Assembly: GCA_011364975.1 (NCBI GenBank)
Contig: RDOE01000089.1
Location: forward strand, 1 to 12,854
Source: Promethearchaeota archaeon
Lineage (GTDB): Archaea; Asgardarchaeota; Lokiarchaeia; Sigyniarchaeales; SOKP01
DNA: 12,854 bases
Reading direction: 5' to 3'
Positions 6,377-12,854 of the stretch are shown here, piece after piece. Position 1 is the stretch's first letter. Each line of letters starts with the position of its first letter. The notes beneath the pieces were generated by a model. That model worked only from the letters and a program-made list of their open reading frames with translations. It searched no databases and was not told the DNA's origin. The translations under genes were made by a program, and so were the position numbers.

Positions 6377-7246
6377 ATGCCGTCTAGAAATAAGTTATTA
6401 GATAATAGGCAATACCTATTTGCTTATATTTCGAACAACTCCTTTATGCATAAATTAAATCCAATTTCTAAGTTAATCTTTCTTTTATTTCTTACGATTG
6501 AAACATTTATAATTGGGAGTATTATTTTACAATCAGCTTTATTCTTGCTTGTTATTATTTTACTATTATTAAGTAAAATAAAGCCAAAATTTATTTTTAA
6601 AAAACTTCGATTTATGGTTATAATTTTGTTGATTAGTGTAGTTTTAAATATATTTTTTAATGCCCTTCCAAATGAAGACGAGATTGTGTTATTTTATTTA
6701 TTTAATGTCCCATTTTTACCAATTAGAAGATTAGCAGTTTATTTTGCTTTAAGAGCCTTTTTTATATTATTAACACTCTATACTTCAGCAATACTGTTTA
6801 CAAATACAACATCCCCTAAAGATTTTGTATATTCTATGATGAGAATGCGAATCCCATATAAGTTTTGCTTTGCATTTATGGTAGGACTTAGGTTTATTCC
6901 ATCTATTGAAGAAGAAGCTAAAACAATTGCTTTAGCACAACAAGCTCGTGGCTTTAATATAGAGAAAGTTAAAACGCTTCGTAAAGCATATGCGTTTATC
7001 TCTGAAAGAATGATTGGTACGTTAGTTTCAATTTTAAGAAAAGGTCAAACAGTTTCTCTTTCTATGGAAAATCGTTGTTTTGGAGTCTTCAAGAATAGAA
7101 CAAATTTAATAAAAGTTAAGTTTAAATTTTCTGATCTCGTATTTATGGTTCTTATTATTTTAGGTTTCATTTTTATTATTCTTTATATTTTTAATTTCCT
7201 GCCAATTCCTCGAATACCGTCATTATATAGCATATTTTTTACATAA
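6377..7246 (+). CDS. ecfT: ECF transporter transmembrane T component (EcfT/CbiQ family)
   Basis: SFMHKLNPISKL N-terminus, several TM helices, LRFIP, and coupling-helix X-R-X motifs QARG and ENRCF. Confidence 0.93.
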   Translation: MPSRNKLLDNRQYLFAYISNNSFMHKLNPISKLIFLLFLTIETFIIGSIILQSALFLLVIILLLLSKIKPKFIFKKLRFMVIILLISVVLNIFFNALPNEDEIVLFYLFNVPFLPIRRLAVYFALRAFFILLTLYTSAILFTNTTSPKDFVYSMMRMRIPYKFCFAFMVGLRFIPSIEEEAKTIALAQQARGFNIEKVKTLRKAYAFISERMIGTLVSILRKGQTVSLSMENRCFGVFKNRTNLIKVKFKFSDLVFMVLIILGFIFIILYIFNFLPIPRIPSLYSIFFT

Positions 7247-7272
7247 ACTTGCCTTTTAGAGATACTATTTAC

Positions 7273-8109
7273 TTACGTACTAAATTTTGATATTAACTTC
7301 TTATAACTCGAGTAATTTTTTCTTTCAATTGTATACTTTTTTACAGAATCACTCCATCTAATACTTTGATGTATTGCTTGAGCTAATAAATCAGACTTAC
7401 TCACATAGGTTCCACCAATTACATCAATTCCTCGCCTAAATAAAGGATCTGGCAAAAAACTAGTTGTCGGGCCTATAACTGATTTTTTTTCGGCACTAGT
7501 ACAATAATCCAATACCTCATCTAAAGTATCATTTAAAACAGTTGTACCTGTAATCAAAATTTTATTGCAATCCTTTAATTTAGAAGGATTTAAAGTTACT
7601 AACCAATCTTTTGACTTCTGTACTAATTCTTCCTTTTTTTCTATTACAATTAACTTAGATCCAATCTTTTCTATTAATTTTACCAAAGGAGGAAAAAAAC
7701 CCACCATGCCAATGATATCAGAACTCTTAATATCCAATAGCCCTAAGGAATCAGAGGTAAAATCAAACAAGAAATTTGTTTTTTTAAAAATAAATTGACT
7801 CACGGCATTAATAACACCTAAAGATAATGATCTTTCAAATAAATCCTTCGAATTGAAAAACTTTATTATAGATAATGGTTCCGAACCTTTGAGATAAGTA
7901 AACTCCTCATTCTTGAATTTATTTTTAATTTTAGAACTCAAATTAATATAAATTAAACCAACTGAATTATCTTCTAATATTATCGCAGAAAAATTTGATT
8001 TTTTGGCGTTTTCTCTATTTTGAGGTGTGACGATTTCCTTTATTAAAGGCAAATCAACTACATTTGATATGTCTTCAATAATATTTATAAATTCTAAAGA
8101 AATTGGCAT
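7273..8109 (-). CDS. DUF364 family protein (enolase N-terminal-like plus Rossmann-like domains; putative metal/cofactor chelation)
   Basis: AIILEDNSVGL, ERSLSLGVINAVSQ, IGMVGFFPPL, ILITGTTVLNDTLDEVL, VIGPTTSFLPDPLFRRGIDVIGG. Confidence 0.88.
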   Translation of the reverse strand: MPISLEFINIIEDISNVVDLPLIKEIVTPQNRENAKKSNFSAIILEDNSVGLIYINLSSKIKNKFKNEEFTYLKGSEPLSIIKFFNSKDLFERSLSLGVINAVSQFIFKKTNFLFDFTSDSLGLLDIKSSDIIGMVGFFPPLVKLIEKIGSKLIVIEKKEELVQKSKDWLVTLNPSKLKDCNKILITGTTVLNDTLDEVLDYCTSAEKKSVIGPTTSFLPDPLFRRGIDVIGGTYVSKSDLLAQAIHQSIRWSDSVKKYTIERKNYSSYKKLISKFST

Positions 8110-8115
8110 TATTTA

Positions 8116-10167
8116 CTAAATTAGTTTGATCTTAAAGATTTTTCTTTTTAGCGTTGTTAAAATTTTTTTAATATTTTGAACTCGTTTATTCTTTTTTACT
8201 CCTAACTTTAAATATAAATTTGATTCCCATTTCCCTATTATAATAATTAAGAAAGCTGAAATTAACATAAAAAATGGTCCCATTCCCGGAAAAGTAATCC
8301 CGAAATTTGAAATTAATGTTTCAGGATTAGTAGCCTCTGAAAAGAACGGCATTAAACTTATTAAAATTAATAATAACGTAGGATAGATTAATTTGAAGAA
8401 TCCAGTAATTACTGGTTTTATAAAGGCTAAAATCGAAAAAGTAAACATAATCACTAAAAATAATGAAGTTAAAACAGACGCTATTTCTCCAATAAATAAT
8501 TTCCAAGTAAATAGGTTATTAAAAAAATATATATGAGTAAAGGTGACTCCACCTTTTTCATATATTACCCATGGTAGGATTAAACTTATGTAAGCAAGGA
8601 TTTCACTTAGGCTAATTATAATTAGCATAATAATAACTTTCTTTTTGACCACCTTATTTACATCTTTTTCAAGTCTAGATAATATCATAAACTTATTATT
8701 AATCGCTAAGACAATCGGAATACATATTAATATTGATAATAATATAATAAAAACCGAAAAATAATTACTATGAATGATACCACCTGAGAAAATGTTCGAT
8801 GAAAACCAGATTCTTTCTATATCATTTACATTTACAACTACATAGAAATCTATATTAGAGTCAAATAAACCGGGAGTAAGGGTTACTTTCCATGTTTGAT
8901 TATCAACATTATTAAAATACACTTTTTGCCAACAACTACCCATAATATCAATCCTATTGTATATTACCATAACTGAAGAGATCTGTGAAGATGAATTAAC
9001 CTTTATAGAAAGATTTAAAGAATCTCCAATCATTCCGCTTACTTTAGTCGTTTGCGTAATATTTACTAAAGGGGGTGCTGTTCCATTATTTAAAATATAA
9101 TCAATAAAAAATTTAGTAGAATTTTCAAAGAATGGAAAGCCATGATGTTCATTTGGAAAAATTTGTAGAAATTTGTTTTCGTGTTGAACTGCATCAAAAG
9201 TACCCTTTATACAACTATAGTGGAAAAAATCATCATTTGTTCCTATCTGCCAAAGAATTGGTGGTAGTTTTGGCGATTTTAGGTAATATTTTGGGTCAAA
9301 GCGTAAAAGTTGATTATAAAGATAGGAATCTTGTATCTCAGTAGCACTTTTACCCAAAATCCAAAAGATTAGTTTTGAGGGGTACTTTATATTCTTTGAA
9401 ATATCTCCGATAGCGATATATGAAATTAAACCAGAAATGCGATCTCCACATATCGCAGATAACCACATCGCATTTAAACCTCCATATGACTCTCCCGTAA
9501 CCATAATTTGAGTATTATCTACTAAAGTAGAGTTCTCTAAAACTCTTAATCCTTGTATTGCCGCACACAAAGTAAGGTAAAAATGTGCCGATTCGTTATA
9601 TTCACCTTCATAATACAAATTTTCAGGTCTTGGTTTTGCTCCTTCAGATTTACCATGACCGGGATGAGCGTGAGCCAATACAATAAATCCCTTTTCTAAA
9701 TAGGGAATTGTTAACTCAAATACATCCTTAATATCTGCATTTAAACCATGCATAATCAGACAACCAGGATTTATAGCCTTAATTTCATTTGGATATAAAA
9801 TATAACCATGTATTCTAATAGTTTCTGGACTACTATTCACCCAATTAGGTGAATCAAAATAAATATTTTGAGCATTTAATATATATTCTTTATTTATGAA
9901 CGGATTAGTATATCGGATACTCTGATTTTCACCATAATGTAAAGCTAATGGAGTGTTGTTAACTCGTTCAATTTCACGTTCCCAAAAATCTAAAATATCA
10001 AAATTTTCGGATTGATGAGTTCTTAAGCTATCACCTAAAGGAATAATTTCTTGTTGCGATAGTATTATGTTAAAAAAAATAGAATTTATTGAGAAAAAGA
10101 ATAGGATTGAAACCAAGATAATTAACAGAAATGAATTCTTCCCTAATGATTTATGATTTGATTTCAT
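8116..10167 (-). CDS. Extracellular-facing alpha/beta hydrolase (esterase/peptidase-like) with beta-rich domain and C-terminal multi-TM region
   Basis: N-terminal signal/TM; LIMHG, PGHGKSEG, nucleophile elbow GESYG (9481-9495), GTNDDFF (Asp), PNEHHGF (His); beta-sandwich-like segment; about 5-6 C-terminal TM helices; many sequons. Confidence 0.85.
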   Translation of the reverse strand: MKSNHKSLGKNSFLLIILVSILFFFSINSIFFNIILSQQEIIPLGDSLRTHQSENFDILDFWEREIERVNNTPLALHYGENQSIRYTNPFINKEYILNAQNIYFDSPNWVNSSPETIRIHGYILYPNEIKAINPGCLIMHGLNADIKDVFELTIPYLEKGFIVLAHAHPGHGKSEGAKPRPENLYYEGEYNESAHFYLTLCAAIQGLRVLENSTLVDNTQIMVTGESYGGLNAMWLSAICGDRISGLISYIAIGDISKNIKYPSKLIFWILGKSATEIQDSYLYNQLLRFDPKYYLKSPKLPPILWQIGTNDDFFHYSCIKGTFDAVQHENKFLQIFPNEHHGFPFFENSTKFFIDYILNNGTAPPLVNITQTTKVSGMIGDSLNLSIKVNSSSQISSVMVIYNRIDIMGSCWQKVYFNNVDNQTWKVTLTPGLFDSNIDFYVVVNVNDIERIWFSSNIFSGGIIHSNYFSVFIILLSILICIPIVLAINNKFMILSRLEKDVNKVVKKKVIIMLIIISLSEILAYISLILPWVIYEKGGVTFTHIYFFNNLFTWKLFIGEIASVLTSLFLVIMFTFSILAFIKPVITGFFKLIYPTLLLILISLMPFFSEATNPETLISNFGITFPGMGPFFMLISAFLIIIIGKWESNLYLKLGVKKNKRVQNIKKILTTLKRKIFKIKLI

Positions 10168-10275
10168 AAATAACCAGCATGCTTTTCTCCTTTAATTAAT
10201 AAATTATTCTAGTTTTTAATAAATCCTATTAATTTGAAGGATTTACTTTTTTAGATATGTTATATTAAATAGCTT

Positions 10276-11148
10276 ATGGTAAATGTCTCTGAGATAGTGA
10301 AAGAGATACAAGAAAATTATAAAATCATCGGACGAAATGATGAATTAAAAAAGATTGTATTAGCACGTTCAGTAGGAAAAAACATTTTAATCGAAGGAGA
10401 AGTAGGAGTTGGTAAAACCACCATTGCTAAAGCAATTTCTTCATATTTTGATACTGAATTTACCCGCATAGACTGTTCTGAAGAAACACTTGCTCATAAT
10501 TTAGTCGGTTATTGGGAACCTCCATTAGTTATATCAAAAGGCTATATTGAAGATTCTTATACTTATGGTCCTTTAGCAACATCAATGTTAAAAGGAGGGT
10601 GTCTATTTATTAATGAAATAAATAGAATGCCTGAAAGTACACAAAACTCATTATTAACGGCATTAGATGAAGGGATTTTAGAAATTCCAAAATTAAAAAC
10701 TATCACTGCCAATAAAAATTTTTTTGTTATCGCTACTCAAAATCCTTCTGCACATGTTGGAGTCACTGTGTTAGGAGAAGCACTTAAAGACAGATTTATA
10801 TGGATAAGATTAGAATATCAACCACCAGAAGAAGAAGTTTTAATAATTAAACAGGAAACAAAATTAAATGGAAAAGACGGTGATAATATAGCTCAATTAT
10901 GTCAAATGATCATTCAAACCTCTCGAGATAGCACATCTATTCGACGAGGTAGCTCTATTAGGGGTGCTATCGATCTAGCGCAACTAATCTCGAATTCGGG
11001 TAATGAACATAGTTCCCAAAACTGGATTGATGCAGCAGTAATGGCACTCTATAATAAAATTGAGTTAGAAGATGGAGTGACCCGGTCTAAATCTGAAATT
11101 ATTACAGAGATAGTTCTTTCAATTTTAAATAAAGCGGATTTTCAATAA
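10276..11148 (+). CDS. MoxR-family AAA+ ATPase
   Basis: Walker A GEVGVGKT, variant Walker B LFINE(INR), QNSLLTALDEG, FFVIATQNP, ALKDRF arginine finger, sensor 2 SIRG; followed by a VWA gene. Confidence 0.92.
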   Translation: MVNVSEIVKEIQENYKIIGRNDELKKIVLARSVGKNILIEGEVGVGKTTIAKAISSYFDTEFTRIDCSEETLAHNLVGYWEPPLVISKGYIEDSYTYGPLATSMLKGGCLFINEINRMPESTQNSLLTALDEGILEIPKLKTITANKNFFVIATQNPSAHVGVTVLGEALKDRFIWIRLEYQPPEEEVLIIKQETKLNGKDGDNIAQLCQMIIQTSRDSTSIRRGSSIRGAIDLAQLISNSGNEHSSQNWIDAAVMALYNKIELEDGVTRSKSEIITEIVLSILNKADFQ

Positions 11149-12260
11149 TCGATGATTTTTCTTCACAAGAATTTGAAGAAATTGAGAAGGATAGGCTTCA
11201 TGTAAGGTTAACAGAAAGGATTCCTGATAATGAAATTTTAAGGTACGAAATCATTCGAAAGAAAAAAAGAAAACCGGATTACTTTCATCACCTAGCAAAT
11301 ACGTTAGATTATAAACAAATCAGAGAACTTTCATATTTAGCAATAAAGTATAAGAATTTAGAAGCTATAATCGGATTGCTAAAATCAAATGTCTACGCTG
11401 CTTCGGATGCATTAGATTGTGACGAGGGTGTAAGATTCTTTGCTGAGAAAGCTAAAGAATCATCTGCTTCAATGGCAGAAGTGTATTTTTTCATAAGACG
11501 TCCAATATCAGAGAAATATAAATCCATTTTTAGGCGCTTAGCACGACAAAGTATTTTGAAAACATCCCTTAAGATTACAAGTAAGGGAATACGAGGTAAT
11601 TTCAAAAAGTCAGTACCTTATTATGAAATTGGTATGCCAGAATTTGATTTGGATGAAACTATTCAACATAATCCTTTAAAAATCTATGATAAGTCCATTA
11701 CATACCGTGATATTTTTGGGATTAAAAGGCAACGTCAGAAAAGAAAGATTGTCCTAATTTTAGATACAAGTGGAAGCATGTATGGGAGATTATTATTGAA
11801 TGCAGCCTTAACAACATCCGTATTAGCATATAATATGGAAAAGGAGGATTATGCAATTATTTTATTTAATTCCACTGCAATGACACTTAAAAAAATAGAT
11901 CAGCGAAAATCTGTGATTTCTATAATTGATGAAATTTTAGATTCAGAAGCTGTAGGATTTACTAATATTCAAATAGGTCTAGAAAGGGGCTTAAAAGAAT
12001 TATCTAAAGTGAAAGAAAAGACCCGAAATAAATTTGGAATATTGATTACAGATGGGAATTATAATCGGGGGGATAATCCCTTAGAATTTGCAAAACGATT
12101 CCCAAAACTTCATGTAATAGGGATGCCGGCTGAAAATGATGCTGAAGGAGGTATAGACACTTGTAGGGAAATCGCCAAAGTAGGAAAAGGTAAATTTTAT
12201 GCTGTAAATAACTATAATGAAATTCCAAGAGCTTTAATTGATTTACTATCTCAAACTTAA
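11145..12260 (+). CDS. VWA domain protein, MoxR partner; start uncertain (ATA 11145 or ATC 11148; track gives TTG 11376)
   Basis: MIDAS LDTSGSM, GFTNI and LITDG, plus EFDLDETI. The frame is open from 11133, 81 codons upstream of the first TTG. Confidence 0.88.
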   Translation: MIDDFSSQEFEEIEKDRLHVRLTERIPDNEILRYEIIRKKKRKPDYFHHLANTLDYKQIRELSYLAIKYKNLEAIIGLLKSNVYAASDALDCDEGVRFFAEKAKESSASMAEVYFFIRRPISEKYKSIFRRLARQSILKTSLKITSKGIRGNFKKSVPYYEIGMPEFDLDETIQHNPLKIYDKSITYRDIFGIKRQRQKRKIVLILDTSGSMYGRLLLNAALTTSVLAYNMEKEDYAIILFNSTAMTLKKIDQRKSVISIIDEILDSEAVGFTNIQIGLERGLKELSKVKEKTRNKFGILITDGNYNRGDNPLEFAKRFPKLHVIGMPAENDAEGGIDTCREIAKVGKGKFYAVNNYNEIPRALIDLLSQT

Positions 12261-12261
12261 T

Positions 12262-12270
12262 AGGAGTTGA
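12262..12270 (+). promoter_or_regulatory. SD site for the GNAT gene
   Basis: AGGAGTTGA, close to the GGAGGTGA consensus, ends 6 nt before in-frame ATA 12277. Confidence 0.55.
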
Positions 12271-12276
12271 ATTTAT

Positions 12277-12750
12277 ATAAAGGAAAAAGAATTTATTATA
12301 AAATATGTGAATGAAGATGATGAACCTTTTTTAAGAGATATGTATTTAAGAGATATCGAAGAGAATCAGGAAAAAGCATCGCGTTTTGCTTATGAATTAT
12401 CACATAAAGTTAAGACCATAGGATGTATACATGAAAAAAAAATTATTGGGACCATTTCATGGGATACAAGAGGTGGATTAGAAGATGGTGTTATTGAATT
12501 AATAGCATTAGGAATAAGCCCGCTCTATCAACGACAAGGTATTGCACGAGAATTAGTGTTATCCTTGATTGAGGAAACAAAAAAATTTTTCTCTCAATTT
12601 GGATATAAATTACGAGTAATCTATCTATTTATGGAAAATGGTAATATAATAGGCAGAAAATTTTATAAAAGAATGGGTTTTAGGGAGTTTTTTACAATAC
12701 CTGCTTTTCTTCCCCATGATGATACTGTTTTTTGGATTAAATATTTTTAA
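12277..12750 (+). CDS. GNAT-family N-acetyltransferase, probable ATA start (track gives GTG 12307)
   Basis: Acetyl-CoA motif ISPLYQRQGIARELV and N..GRKFYKRMGF. The first strand FIIKYVNEDD begins upstream of the GTG. Confidence 0.88.
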   Translation: MKEKEFIIKYVNEDDEPFLRDMYLRDIEENQEKASRFAYELSHKVKTIGCIHEKKIIGTISWDTRGGLEDGVIELIALGISPLYQRQGIARELVLSLIEETKKFFSQFGYKLRVIYLFMENGNIIGRKFYKRMGFREFFTIPAFLPHDDTVFWIKYF

Positions 12751-12854
12751 ATTAAATCTTAATTTCAAAATAAAAAAACAAAAAGAAATATGAATTCAGT
12801 AAATAAATCTTATAAAAATTATGTGAGTTGGCTTTTTCACCACCTTTTAAAACA

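Noticed and set aside
7565-7798. 77-aa plus-strand ORF
   Set aside because: Antisense shadow of the DUF364 gene.
9132-9344. 70-aa plus-strand ORF
   Set aside because: Antisense to the hydrolase catalytic region; no motif.
10168-10275. Specific TATA/BRE positions in the divergent promoter region
   Set aside because: Promoters are expected here, but several AT-rich candidates cannot be told apart without TSS data.
11393-12228. Two short minus-strand ORFs (11393..11605 and 12046..12228)
   Set aside because: Both lie within the well-supported VWA gene on the opposite strand.
12790-12854. Possible gene start (MNSVNKSYKNYVSWLFHHLLK..) or end of a minus-strand gene
   Set aside because: Too short to judge and no SD. 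The A-rich tract at about 12767-12788 could equally be a minus-strand terminator.

Overview
Very AT-rich, gene-dense archaeal-looking window. Asgard/Lokiarchaeia is suspected from protein style, GGAGG-type Shine-Dalgarno (SD) sites, oligo-T terminators and many N-glycosylation sequons; this is an inference, as there is no marker gene. In order: (1) two translationally coupled proteins sharing a C-terminal winged-helix, the complete one with a long coiled coil; (2) a six-gene + strand operon encoding two membrane-anchored sulfite-oxidase-fold (Oxidored_molyb-like) proteins lacking the Mo-ligating Cys, a DOMON/EbdC-like putative heme protein, and a complete group I ECF transporter (S component, fused double ATPase, T component); (3) a convergent - strand pair, a membrane-anchored alpha/beta hydrolase and a DUF364 protein; (4) a MoxR AAA+/VWA/GNAT cluster. 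The operon is the best candidate for an undescribed system, possibly pterin/molybdopterin-type cofactor capture and uptake. Three genes (ECF ATPase, VWA, GNAT) extend upstream of any ATG/GTG/TTG and appear to start at ATT/ATA codons. No rRNA, tRNA, CRISPR array or transposase was seen.
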